From the human T2T-CHM13v2.0 reference genome, Homo sapiens, in assembly GCF_009914755.1 (NCBI RefSeq), contig NC_060947.1: DNA of 64,000 bases. One strand, written 5' to 3'. The notes below the pieces were generated by a model that was not told the origin of the DNA, made no database searches, and saw nothing but the letters and a program-made list of their open reading frames with translations. This document shows positions 12,956 through 27,797 of this stretch, piece after piece. The position numbers and the translations under genes are program-made. Within the stretch, counting starts at the first letter, position 1, and each line of letters opens with the position of its first letter.

Positions 12956-13528
12956 TTCCAGGCTGCATTATTCAAACATTCCCATGACACTATTATTATT
13001 TAGTGATGTATTTGTTTGCTTCTCTTCCATGGGAGATGGATGCTGACTATATATATATTCCATATATTCCAAGTCTCCAATTAAGCTGCTGTGGGATCTG
13101 ATATGTCTTCCTACCTCTTTGATCTTAGGTTCCTCAACCGTAAGATGAGGGGTTTGGACTAGGTAATCCCACTTGACTATTTTAATCTGGAACTCTATGG
13201 ATTGAATTTCAATGTAACCTATTGTGCGGCTACCTTCTAGGAGGTCCCAAGTGTAGGCAGGTTGGAAATTACTTTATGATATACTAAAAGTCTGGCTGTC
13301 TTTCCTATGTCACCTCTCGACTCTTAAACTGAGATAACAGATACAATTTACTTTTATTTACTTTTCGGATTTCAGTACTGTTTTTCTCCCTAGTGGTGTA
13401 AGCTTCCCATATGAAGGGAAAAAATGGCCCTAAAATATCCACAATTCTTAGCTTTGAGTGTTATAGGTGAATGCCTTACCTGATAAGAGATCATGACAGC
13501 CAGATGACTGATGAATGGAGACAACTGA

Positions 13529-13939
<411 letters not shown>

Positions 13940-15004
13940 TGAAGGCATTTCACAGAAACATTTAATTTGCCCCAACTGCTTGACTTACAATAGGCTTAGT
14001 TGCTTTAGGAAATAACGTGGCATTTCTGTAAGTGCCCTCATTCCTGCAGTATTGTAATAGGCCTTTCCTCACTACAATTCATTCTCCACACAGTAGCCAG
14101 AGGATTTTCATCTGTTTGCTTTTGTTTTGTTTTGTTTAAATATAAATAAGATTATATAACATCTGCTACTTAAAATCTTCCAAGGACTTCCCATCACACT
14201 CTGAATGAAATCCAAATAGAGTATCCTAAAAGGCCCTACAGGATCTTGCCTCTTATTAATTTTATCTCATGACATTTCTTATCCTTTTGATCCCAATTTG
14301 AATGTCTTCTGCCCAGAAAAATCTTCCCTAAACCTATCTTAAGCAGTGTCCACTCTCAAATATCTGTATAAGAAAACCCTACTTAATTTCTTGATAGAGT
14401 TTTCTTTTCTTTCTTTTAAAATTTTTAATAATACATATTTTAACCCAGTGTATCACAAATACTATCACTTTACAACCTAATCAGTACGAACAATTATTTT
14501 TATTTTATTCTCATATTTTGTGGGTACGTAGTAGGTTTATATATTTATGAGTTACATGAGATATTTTGATACAGGAATGCAATGTGTAATAGTCAAATCA
14601 GAGTAAAGGGGTATATCTGTCCCCTCAAGCATGGGGCATCCTTTGTGTTACAAACAAGCTAATTATACTCTTTTAGTTATTTTAAAATGTACAATTAAAT
14701 GATTTTTTTTTACTATAATGAAGCTGTTGTGCTATCAAATGTTAGGCCTTATTCATTCTCTCTATTTTTTGTACCCATTAACCATCCCCACTGCCCCCCG
14801 ACCCACTGACATCCCACCATCCTTCCCTGCCTCTGGTAACCATCCTTTTACCTCTATCTATGTAAGTTCAATTATTTTAATTTTTAGCTACCACAAATAA
14901 GTGACAACATGTGAAGTTTGTCATTTTGTGCCTGGCTTATTTCACTTAACATAATGACCTCCAGTTTTATCCATATTGTTGCAAATGATAGGATCTCATT
15001 CTCC

Positions 15005-15198
15005 ATGTGTGACCTTTGCCTTGGAGACTCCTCCTTAGTGGTCTCCAAGCTCAGAATTGGGACTTAGACACCTTAGACAAAGAGGAAGCCCTCCTTTCTT
15101 GTAAACATCTGCTATGTTACACTTGCTGTGTGAGAATTTGTGTAGAAGGACCCAGAGCCCTAGTTGTTTTGCCCAGAGGCTATGAACAGGTGAGTGAT
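15005..15198 (+). repeat. Copy 2 of 12759-12955, embedded inside an L1
   Basis: Interrupts continuous L1 sequence between ggatctcattct and atgcaccacattttc. Confidence 0.95.
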
Positions 15199-17490
15199 AA
15201 ATGTCTTTTTAGCTCTTTTGCCCATATGCACCACATTTTCTTTATCCATTCATCTGTTGATGGACACCAGTTACTTCCAAATTCTGGCTATTGTGAATAC
15301 TGCTGCAATAAACATGAGAGTGCAGATATCTCATTGATATACTGATTTCCTTTCTTTTGGATATATAACCAGCAGTGGGATTACTGGATCTTATGATAGC
15401 CCTACTTTGTTTTCTGAGAAACCTCCAAATTGTTCTCTATAGTGATTGTACTAATTTATATTCCCACCAACAGTATATGAGGGTTCCTTTTTTTCCACAT
15501 TCTCACCAGCATTTGTTATTACCTGTATTTTGGATAAAAGCCATTTTAACTGAGGTGAGATGTTATCTCATTGTAGTTTTGATTTACGTTTCTCCGATTA
15601 TCAGTGATGTTGAGCACCTTTTCATATGCCTGTTTATCTTCTTTTGATAAATGTCTTTTCAGCTTTTTTGCCCATTTTTAAATTGGATTATTAGATTTTT
15701 CTCCTATAGAGTTTTTTGAACTCTTTGTATGTTCTGATTATGAATCCCTTGTTGATGGGTAGTTTGCAGGTATTTTCTCCCATTCTGTGAGTTGTCTCTT
15801 CACTTTGTTGATTGTTTCCTTTGCTGTGCAGAAGATTTTTTTAACTTTATGGCACCCCATTTGTCCATTTTTGCTTTTATTGCCTATGCTTGTGGGGTAT
15901 TGCTCAACAAATCTTTGCCCAGTTCAATGTCCTGGAGACTTTCCCCAATATTTTCTTGTAATAGTTTCAGATCTTAGACATAAGCCTTTAATCCATTTTG
16001 ATTTGATGTTTGTATATGGTGAGATATAGGGTTCTAGTTTATTCTTTTACCTGTGATATCCAGTTTTCCCAGCACCCTTTATTGAAGAGACAGTCCATTC
16101 CCCAATGTATGATCTCAGCACCTGTGTCTAAAATGAGTTCACTATAAATGCATAGATTTATCTCTGGGTTCTCTATTCTGTTCCACTGATCAGTGTGTCT
16201 GTTATATGCCAGCAGCACACTATTTTGATTACTATACCTCTGTAGTATAATGTAAAGTCACATAATGTGATTCCTTCAGTTTTATTATTTTTGCTTAAGA
16301 TAGCTTTGGTTATTCTGGGTTTTTGTGGTTCCATGTAAATTTTGGGGTTTTTTTTCTATTTATGCAGAGGATTGTCGTTAATATTTTGATAGAGATTGCA
16401 TTAATATTGTAGATTGCTTTGAGTAGTACAAACATTTTAACAAAATGTATTCCACCAATCCATGAACACGGAATATCTTTCCTTTCGTTTCTGTCTTCAG
16501 TTTCTATCATCAATGTTTTATAGTATATATTGTAGAGATCATTTATTTTCTTGTTTATGTTAATTCCTAGGTATTTCATTTTATTTGGAGCCATTGTAAA
16601 TGAGATTATTTCTTGATTTATTTTTCAGAATGTTCATCTGTTGGCATGTAGAAATGTTTTGGATTTTGTATGTCAGTTTTTTATCCTATAACTTTACTAA
16701 TTTTTTTTAATCAATTCTAATAGCTCTTTTTCTGGAGGCTTTAGGTTTTTCCAAATATAAGATTATGTCTTCTGCAAACAAGGATAATTTGTCTTTTTCC
16801 TTTCCAATTTGGATGCCCTTTAATTCTTTTCTCATCTGACTCCTCTAGGTAGGACTTCCTGTACCATGTTGAATAAAGGTGAAATTGGGCCTCCTTGTCA
16901 TGTTCCCAATCTTAGAGGAAAGTATTTCAGTTTTTCCCCATTTAGTATGATACTTATGGGTCAGTAATTAATGACTTTTATTATGTTGAAGTATGTTTCT
17001 CCTACACCCAGTCTTCTGAGGATTTTTATTATGAAAAGATGTTGAATTTTATCAAATACTTTTTCAGCATCAATTGAAGTGACCAAATGGTTTTTATCTT
17101 TCATTCTGTTGATATGATGTATCACATTAATTGATTTGCATATGCTGAACCATCCCCACATCTGTGGGATAAATCCCATTTGGACATGATGAATTATCTT
17201 TTTAATGTGTTGCTAGTATTTTGTTGAGGATTTTTGCATCAATATTCATCAGTGATATTGGCCTATGGTTTTCATTTTTTGATGTGTCTTTGTCTGGTTT
17301 TGGTATCAGGGTAATACTGGCCTCATAGAATGAGTTTGGAGTATTTCTTCCTGTTCTATTTTTCAAAATAGTTTCAGTAGAATTGATATGAGCTAATCTT
17401 TAAATATTTGTTAGAATTCGACAGTGAAGCCATCAGGTCCTGGGCTTTCCTTCCTGGGAGACCTGCCCCCCGCCCCCGCACCTCGCCCCC

Positions 17491-17567
17491 GAAACCAAGT
17501 CTCACTCTGTTGCCCAGGCTGTAGTGCAGTGGCATGATCTCAGCTCACTGCAACCTCCACCTTCTGG
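17491..17567 (-). mobile_element. 5'-truncated Alu fragment with a C-rich tract in place of poly-T
   Basis: agtctcactctgttgcccaggctgtagtgcagtggcatgatctcagctcactgcaacctcc, flanked by ctgggaga repeats. Confidence 0.85.
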
Positions 17568-20484
17568 GAGAGTTTTAATTATGGCTTTTGTCTCATTACT
17601 TGTTGGTTAGTCTGTTCAGGTTTTGGATTTCTTCCTGATTCTGTGTTTTTCCTTGTCCTTAATATTACCAGTGAGTTGTGTACCTTCAGATGATTTCTTA
17701 TTGCTCATTAATGTCCTTTTCTTTCTGATTGAAGTACTCCCTTTAGCATTTCTTGTAGGATGAGCATGGTATTGATGAAATCCCTCAGCTTTTGTTCATC
17801 TGGGAAAGTCTTTATTTCTCCTTCATGTTTGAAGGATATTTTCACCAGATATACTATTCTAGGGCAAAAGTTTTTTTCCCTTCAGCATCTTAAATATGTC
17901 ATGCCACTCTCTACTGGTCTTTAAGGTTTCTACTAAAAAGTCTCGTCAAAGATATTGGAACTCCAGTGTATGTTATTTCTTTCTTTTCTCTTCCTTCTTT
18001 TAGGATCCTTTCTTTATCCTTGACCTTTGGGAGTTTAATTATTAAATGCTTTGAGGTGGTCTTCTTTGGGTTAAATTTGCTTGGTGTTCTATAACCTTCT
18101 TGTACTTGGATATTGATATCTTTCCCTAGGTTGGGAAGTTCTGTGTTATTATCCCTTTGAATATTTCTACCCCTATCTCTTTATCTACTTGCTCTTTAAG
18201 GCCAATAACTCTTAGATTTGCCTTTTTGAGGCTATTTTCTAGATCCTATAGTTGTTGCTTCATTGTTTTTTATTCTTTTGTCTCCTCTCTATGCATTTTC
18301 AAATAGGCTGTCTTCAAGCTCACTAATTTTTTCTTCTGCTTTATTCTATTTAATTGTTTCAATCTCTTAGTTAACTTACGGGATTCTGAATTCCTTCTCT
18401 GTATTATCTTGAATTTCTTTGAGTCTCCTCAAAACATATTTTGAATTCTCTTTCTGAATGGTCACATATCTCTCCAGGATTGGTCCCTGGTGCCTTATGT
18501 GGTTCATTTGGTTTGGTCATGTTTTCCTGGATCGTCTTGATGCTTGTAGATATTCATTAGCGTCTGGGCATTGAAGAGTTAGGTATTTATTGTAGTCTTC
18601 ACAGTCTGGGTTGGTTTGTATCCATCCTTCTCAGGAAGTCTTTCCACATATTCAAAGGGATTGGGTGTTGTGATCTAAGCCATCTCTGCATTAGGGGACA
18701 CCCCAAGCCCAGAAGCCCTATGGTTCTTGCAGACTTGTAGAGGTTCCACTTTGATGTTCTTGAATAAGATCCAGAAGAATTTTCTGGATTACCAAGCAGA
18801 AACTCTTGTTCTTTTCTTTTACTTTATCCCAGACAAACAGTCTCTCTCTCTGTTCTGAGCCACCTAGACCTGAGAGTGGGTTGACACAAGCATCCCTGTG
18901 GCCACCACCACTCGGACGTGCTAGGTCAGGCCTTAAACTAATACAGCACTGGATTTCAGCCAAGAACCGCTGTAACCACTACCTGGCTATTGCAAGTGTT
19001 CACTCAAGGCCCTGGGTCTCTACAATCACCTGTTGGTGAAGCAAGCCGTACTTATGTCTTTTCCTTCAGGGCAGTGAGTTCTCCTAGGCCCTTGGTAGGT
19101 CCAGAGATGCCATCTGGAAGCCAGGAACTCTAGTCAAAACTTAGAAGTCCACCTGGTGATCTATTGTACTGTGGCTGAATTGGCACTCAAACCATGAGAC
19201 ACAGTTCTTCCTAGTCTTCCCTTCACTTTCCACAGCCAGAGGAGCCTCACCCCTTGGCTACCACTACCATAGGCTTACAGGGAGTACTTCCAGGCTACTG
19301 CTGATGTTCCCATAAGGCCCAAGGCCTCTTTATTCAGCTTATCGTGAATGCTGCTTGGCCTGGGACTCACGCTTGAGGGCAGTGGGCTCCCCTCTGGCCC
19401 TGGGCAGATCCAGAAATGCCATGCAAGAGCATAATCCTGGAACTGGAGACCCCAATATCCTGCTTGTGCTCTATCCTTCTGTGGCCAATTGGTATCTAAG
19501 GCACAAGACAAAGTCCCCTTTACTTTTCTTTCCACCTTTCCTCAGCTGGAGTGTCTCCCCATAGCCATCACAGCTTGGGAATGTGCTGAGTCTCATCTGA
19601 AGCCAGCAAGTCTCAGAGTCTCATCCTAGGCCCATGGTGTACTACCTAAGTTTTGCTACTGGTTATTCGGGGACCAAGGGCTCTTTAGTCAGTAGGTGAT
19701 GCGTCCTGCCAGAACTGGGTTCTTCTCTTCAAGGCAACAGCTTCCCCTGTGGCCCAGGGTGTGTCTAGAAATGTCATCCATGAGCTAGGTCCTGGAAAAG
19801 AAGCCTCACGACTCTGAATGATGCCCTATCCTACTGTGGCTAAGCTTGTATCCAAGATGCAAAACAAAGTCCTTTTTACTCTGCCCTCACCTCTCCTCAA
19901 GTGGAAGGAAGGGGTCTCTTTTGAAGCTGTGAGCTGTGCATCCTAGGGTTGGGGAAGGGGTGGTGCAACCACTGCCTTATCTGATCCAGCTGATATCTTA
20001 ATATATCATATGCTCCCCGCAAGTCCACTGGCTCTGAGCCCAGTTCATCACTAGGACTCACCTAAGACTTGAAGTCCTTGTGGCCTATACTGCCTTTCAA
20101 GTTAATTCAAGGCCCCAGAGCACTTTATCTCATAGTGGTGAGTCTTCCCAGAATTCAAGTTCTGACTTCTGGGATGGGCGATTCCCTTCTGGCTCTGACT
20201 GGTTTAAATATTCCCTCCATGGGTGGGAGTCAGCAGAGTTCAGCATAGTTTTGCTTTCTGCTGTGACAAGGCAGCACTGAATTTAATGCAGTGTCTCACA
20301 AGTGCTGTACTATCCCTGTCTGAAGCACACAGATTCTCTCTCCACACCATGTAGGCACTGCAGAAGGATGGGTGAGGGGTGGTGTTGGTGATTCAAGACT
20401 CTTTCCTATCCTCTTTCAGTGCTTCTTTTAACAATATGAAGTTAAAACCAGGTACTGTGAGTGGTCATCTGATTTTTCGTTCTT

Positions 20485-20528
20485 TTTTTTTATTATTATA
20501 CTTTAAGTTTAGGGTACATGTTTACAAC
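20485..20528 (-). mobile_element. Very short 5'-truncated L1PA 3' end
   Basis: ttttattattatactttaagtttagggtacatgt; TSD tttc(g/a)ttctt at 20475-20484 and 20529-20538. Confidence 0.8.
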
Positions 20529-21570
20529 TTTCATTCTTATGAAGGTCCTTTTTTGTGTAGATAGTTGTGAAATTGGTGTTCTTGTTGGGGCATGATTGGT
20601 AGAACATTCTATTTGGCCCCCTTGCTCTGCCCCTCTTCTCCATTTATTTTTCAATTGTATAAGTTTAAAGGGTACAAGTGCAGTTTTGTTACATGGATAT
20701 GATACATAGTGATGAAGTCTGAACTTTTAGTGTAACTAAGGAAGTTTTTTAAAGTAGGGAGAATAACGATCATATGAGAAGGAGCAAGCTATGTAAAAAG
20801 CGTGGCAAAAGACTATTCTTGGCTAGTCAGAGTACAAAACTAGTGAGATGGGAATAAGCTTGCCTTGTTCTAATAACTGATACTAGTTCAGCTTAGCTAG
20901 GACATATTGAGCGCAGCAGTGGGTGGAGAAAGCATTGAGGTGCAAGAGTGGAAGGGGGAAGATCAGTTAAGAGGCTAATGAAGCAATCCAGGCAAAAAAT
21001 GATGACAGCTCAACTAGTATGTTGCCAGTGGAGATGGAGAGAAGGAGGTACATTGATGATTAAGTGGATGTTGGTGACTCTAAGGTTTCTGTTTTGGGTG
21101 ACTGGGTGAATGGAGGTGCCATTTATAGAGCTAGAGAATTTGCCAATAGTTACACAGGTAGTAAATGGGTAAAGCCCCATAGGATTAGACATTTGTACCT
21201 AACCTAGGTATACTTTTCTCTATTGCTAGTATTCCACAGGTTCCCTGGGACTGAGGCAGCGACAGAAATGCCTGATTCATTGCCCTCCAAAGATTGTGAT
21301 TCATTGTTAAGGGTCCTAGAGAGTGCCGTCTCTGTCTTTGGTAGATATTCTTCCAGCAGAGAGCCATAAGACTCTTTGCTTATCTGCAAAGACCAGGCAT
21401 GCAGTGCAGCACTTCATCTCCCCTGAGTTTGCAATCATACAAAGCAGGAAACACAGATATAACAGTTCTTGTTAAACATACTGTGTTCATACTGTCAAGT
21501 CCCAGTATATTTACAATGGCATCACCCATTTTCCCAGGCTCCAAATGTATCATTGATTCTTACCATTATC

Positions 21571-21856
21571 TTTTTTTTTCCCCAAGTCAGAGTCTCACTC
21601 TGTTTCCAATGCTGGAGTGCAGTAGCACAATCTCGACTCACTGCAGCCTTGCTCTCCCAGGCTCAAGCAATTCTCCCACCTTAACCTCTGGAGTAGCTGG
21701 GACTACAGGCACATGCCACCACACCTGGCTAATTTTGTTTATTTTTTTGTAGAAATGAGGTCTCACTATGTTGCCCAGGTTGGTCTCGAACTTCTGGACT
21801 CAAGTGATCCTCCCGCCTCAGCTTCCCAAAGTGGTTGGGATTATAGGCATGAGCCA
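21571..21856 (-). mobile_element. Alu (J-like)
   Basis: Diverged antisense Alu with J-type features (cactgcagcct, ggtctcactatgttgcccagg). Confidence 0.88.
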
Positions 21857-22721
21857 TTAATATTCTCTTATGTCTTGAGTTATTTGTATTTAAAGTTCTA
21901 TTATTTCTTTCTAATTTTGAATAGCCTTTTTATTCATAATGGCTAAGACTATGTATTGTGAAACTAGTGTCTTGATTTGACATCTCAATCAGCTACTCAC
22001 TGCTGAAAGTTGCTTCGCCCCTCTTTACCTAAATTTCCCAATCTTGGAATTTTAATAGTGTAAAATACTTAAAATAGTATCCAGCATATAGTGAATACTC
22101 AATAAATGCTAGGTTTTATTAATGTTTTTCTTTCAATTCCAATCTCGCTGTCACCTCCTTAGGTTTTGTTCTTATATTTATTATTGATTCCTTCATCAAT
22201 TCAATGAAAAATTAATTTGAGCTTTATATGCCAGACAAATAGATTACCCCAGTAGGCTCCTAGTCATTGTAGTCCACCTTATACAGCATGGGTAAATAAT
22301 TTTAATGTACAACTTTGACCAAGTCATTCTTGAGTTAAACAGACTAACTTTTAGACTAACTTTTAGTCTGTTTTATTATTGTTTTAAAGTTCTCTATTGT
22401 CAATGCATCCCCATTATTGCTCACACCTAGGACAGACTGCTCTCACACACACCCCCTTGGGTATATCATTGCCTTTTATGCTTAAGTCCAAATTCTCTTT
22501 TTAAAAATAATCCCAAGTTTTTCATCTGTCTTTTATAATAAGGATCATCTCATAATACTCTTGTAAGGATGTTCCATGCTCCAAGACAGCTGACCCTATA
22601 TGTACCATTCACTGCACTGCCTTGCCAAGACCTTGCCACCAGCTGCCTGGGTTGCTTTCTTCATCTAAAACCTGCCCATACCTCCATATTTGTGCCTTCA
22701 CAGTAACCCAGAGGTTATTAG

Positions 22722-23166
<445 letters not shown>

Positions 23167-24665
23167 TGATGTTCATTGGCACAAACAGGAGCTTGTTCAA
23201 TGATAATACAAGGGTAAATGCTTTTGAAATAGGAAAATGGGCCTCACTGCTGAATTCCTTTACAATAATTTGTGTGTTCTAGAAATGAGCTCTGATCACC
23301 ACAGGGTGTCACTGCCTTACAAGTCAAATTTTCCTCAATTGGTTGAGGTGTATATAGGAATTCTCAGAAGACATTCTTGAGAGATCACAACAAAATGTAT
23401 AGATAGCAATGCAGCCATTGGGAGATGTGGAGATGCTATAAAATCACATAGAACAAAAAGTGAAAATTTAATTTACACACTCTAAACATCCCCTGAAATC
23501 CTATTCTTCTTCCCTCTGTTAACAATTTGTTGTATAGCCTTCCAGATCTTTCCTCCTTGGAGAGAGAGAGACAGAGAAGGACAGGCACAAGATTTAGAAA
23601 ACATAAATGAGATCCTACTCTCCGTGAGCATGTGTGTGTGTGGTTGTTCAGTATCTTTTTTAATTTGATAACATTTCATTTGCCATCTTTTTTGTCTCAT
23701 TACATCCAGCTTTATCTCATTCTTCTTAGCAGCTAATGCAGCTATTTCTGAATATTGAAATGATCAGTAATTGATGTCTTTAATCTTTGAAATGTTTGCC
23801 TTGATATAGTCCAAAGCTGTGATTCAGACTGGATTTCATTCTGTTGCTCATTATGTGAACACTATACAGTTAATTAGCAAACACTTGGGAGGGTTGGTAG
23901 GTGGTGTGTAGTAAGTTGGAAAACAGTTTATGCAAGCCAGATTGCCACCAGAATTTAGAACAGCATAAAATTAAATGCCCTAGGTAATTTACAGGGAGTA
24001 AAGGGGAAAAGACCGAGAGAAAGAGACTGTTAGAATACCAATGCATTTTTGTGTCTGCATTATTGTTTGTTTCTGATTGTAAAATAATACATGCTCATTG
24101 TAGAAGATGGGAAACAGAAAAATGTATTAAGAAGAAAGCAAACATTACCCTAATCCTACAACCCAGACTTATCCACAGTTAATATTTATTGTTGCTCATA
24201 TAGCTTATTTCCTTTTTCAAAATTTTTATTATATGATACAACATTATGATTTTAAAGCATTTAAAACAGTACAAAAGGGTATAAAGTAAAAATGAAAAGT
24301 TCTCTTCCCACCATCCCTGGTCCTCACTTTCCACAAAGTCATTCACTGTTAACAGTTTCTCTCATAATGTACATTTAAGTGTATTGATATTGGCTTTATT
24401 ATGAGTATACAAATGTATGGTGTGTGATCTATATACCATAATGGGGTCATACTGCGTTAATTTTTTTATACTACTTTTTTTCCATTTAGCTTTCTATCTT
24501 GAGCATACATATCCTATATATAATTCAAATACAACCCAAAGATTCTGGGCATGGAGCTATTTCAAAAAGTTTGACCTGACACTGCCCCCCATGCCATTAC
24601 ATGCCCTTGAGTTTCTAACCTTACACAAAAGACCTGTAGCCTTAGCTGAGGGCCCTTTCCAATGA

Positions 24666-25002
<337 letters not shown>

Positions 25003-25311
25003 ATATGGCTCTATTTTAGACTGTTTGGTAGGAGATATTAGAGGAACGGATATTATAAAGTGCCAAAGACCTGAGTTTAGATCCCAGTTGTATTGGTTGC
25101 TAGCTATCTTTTAAAAATAAAATGTTTTGAACAACTTTGTGATATATTTTTATCCTTTAGAGATGAGAAAACAGAGACCAAGCCAGGGAGAAGTGATTAT
25201 ATAAGATCACACAGCTAGTTTGTAGTAGAGCCGGATCACACAAAGGCCTATTTGAACAAGAGGCTATGTGCTTCCCACTCTAACATCTTGGACTTTCTTT
25301 AGAACTCCTGT

Positions 25312-25500
25312 AGGTAACAATGTATTGTATTATTGAAAATCAATGAGAGAGTAGATTTCAAGTGTTCTTACCACAAAAAAAGATAAGTATATAGGTAATA
25401 TGTATGTTAATTAACTCGACTTAGCCATTCCACAATGTATATACATCTCAAAACATCATGTTGTACATTTATACAGTGCTTCTCAATCAATTAATTAACT
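25312..25500 (+). mobile_element. L1MA-type extreme 3' end fragment
   Basis: agagtagatttcaagtgttcttaccacaaaaa...ttagccattccacaatgtatatacat. Confidence 0.75.
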
Positions 25501-25644
25501 TAAAAGATTTACAGGCATATGCCTTCAAGGTTATTGCCTAGCCTTTTCACTAAAGCCTTGATACGAGTTATGTATTCTATTATCTTTCTAGTATCCGATC
25601 ATCCTCTCTCTGATTCTCTTTTTTTTGTCACATTCCCTTTTTAG

Positions 25645-25826
25645 GAGAGAAGCCTTATAAATGCACCTGGGATGGCTGCTCCTGGAAATTTGCTCGCTCA
25701 GATGAGCTCACTCGCCATTTCCGCAAGCACACAGGCATCAAGCCTTTTCGGTGCACAGACTGCAACCGCAGCTTTTCTCGTTCTGACCACCTGTCCCTGC
25801 ATCGCCGTCGCCATGACACCATGTGA
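25645..25826 (+). CDS. KLF8: KLF8 last coding exon (zinc fingers 2 and 3, stop TGA)
   Basis: Acceptor cattccctttttAG; encodes (G)[59 protein letters not shown]; TGA at 25824-25826. Not in the ORF track because it lacks a start codon. Confidence 0.97.
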
Positions 25827-26401
25827 GCCGCACAGGTCACACTAGAGAAGCTGCGCTGGTATCTTTCCTGGTCGTGTGCTGAGGTTGGGACAATTTTTTC
25901 CTCTTTGACTTCAGCTTGCATATGGGGTTGAAGCAGCCCACTGAGCCAAGTTGAGGAGACTGGAGGAAAAGAGAGCTGGTCTCCCGTGGGGCTCTTCATA
26001 TTCTACCTTCACTTCTCCACTGTCCAGACCCGTTTTTTTCAACCTCCACATGGGTTGAATTCCAGTGTGGCACCCATGGCTGCCTTCCCATCCCCCCCTG
26101 CTCTGAAATAGGACATTTTTCCTACAGTAACAAAACAGGAATCAAACTCAAGGCTGTGAACAAACATACGCTGCTTTATTCTTTCCAATTTTTCTCTTGT
26201 TTTCTAGAACTCTTATCCATATGTTTTTAAAATAAGTACCTAAAAGTGGTTTGATAGTGTCCTAAACGACTTTTTTAACTTCCTAAATGGAAAGAGCATA
26301 ACAATGTAGTTGATTGGTAAGATTTACAGGGATTTGGTTTCTGAGTTTGAGGCACATTCCCAGTGAATAAGCTGAGTCCCATACCACACTCAAAAGGTTT
26401 T

Positions 26402-26407
26402 AATAAA
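26402..26407 (+). terminator. Candidate proximal poly(A) signal
   Basis: AATAAA about 580 nt after the stop, followed by T/GT-rich sequence (gtttggtttt). Confidence 0.45.
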
Positions 26408-27440
26408 TCTAATCCTATTTCTTCTTAAAGTTTGGTTTTCAGACAGTGCTGGTGCTTCTGCTTCTTAAGTTCATCAAGGGAATGAGGAGTTCTTGTCCTT
26501 CTCCTCCTCTTTTTTTTCTTTTCCACTTTCTCCTTCAGGATTAAAGATTTTGCTGCACAATTGTTATTTGTTAGGTTAAATTTGGACAAATATTCAAAGC
26601 ACACATAGACATATAAGTAAGGAGAAAAATGTTCCAGGAGAGTAGGTTGGGCAGTGACAGGAACAAACAGACCTAGGATGATCCTGAGAACAAATAGAGG
26701 GGTTCCTTTACTTGTATAGGATATCAAAAGTGCTGTTAATCACAAACCTCATTCAAATGGCAGGCTGTCGAGACAGTGTCTTGAGGGGCTGGCTGTACTG
26801 TTTATTTTTTCGTTTACACAAAGAAGCAATTGAGTATATTGCATGATGAGAAATCACACACTAGGGTCATGTTATACAGAAGTAAGGGGTTGGAAAAATG
26901 GAATGTTGTTCACTCCATGGAATTATTGGCATTCATTCCTGTGTTTCAAATGAAACATAGATGCTTTTCATGAAAACTGACCTACAAAAAGCAATTTGAT
27001 GTTCTGCAACTGCTATGAAAACCTAAGCCATTTATTTTAGCTGATAGCAGATTGCATAATATACTCATTTAGCTGCCCAATCAGATTGTTTTATAATATT
27101 ACCTGGGGTACAAAATCCTCTGTTCCTGGCCCTGGACCACAGATCTACCTCCACATGGCATATTTCCTTTCTGGGGTCAGGGGTAGGGGAGGGGGCTTTG
27201 CATCACTTGAATTTAGACTCAGCCTCTCTTTAAAAGATTGTCTTTATATTGAACACCTTTTTCTTTTCAACCCTGCTTGAATACTTTAGGTTACTATTTC
27301 CTGAGGCTGTCCATTCTCACTATATTGTAGAATTCTAGCACCAAGAAGGGATCCCGTTAACCATCTAGTCCTATCCATCCCTCATATTTTACAGATGAGA
27401 CAAATACGGGTCAGATTTTTTTCTCCAGATGTTTCTTTGA

Positions 27441-27797
<357 letters not shown>

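Larger units (their letters stand above)
14505..20633 (-). mobile_element. Old L1 (L1MA/L1PB-age) with 3' end, partial ORF2, ORF1 remnant and 5'UTR; large internal deletion near 17640
   Basis: Minus-strand ORF2 peptides ([29 protein letters not shown]; KYLGIN). 5' terminus reverse-complements to gaggggcagagcaagggggccaaatag. Confidence 0.88.

Noticed and set aside
25655-25999. 114-aa minus-strand ORF over the last exon
   Set aside because: Antisense shadow of zinc-finger coding sequence with no independent support.
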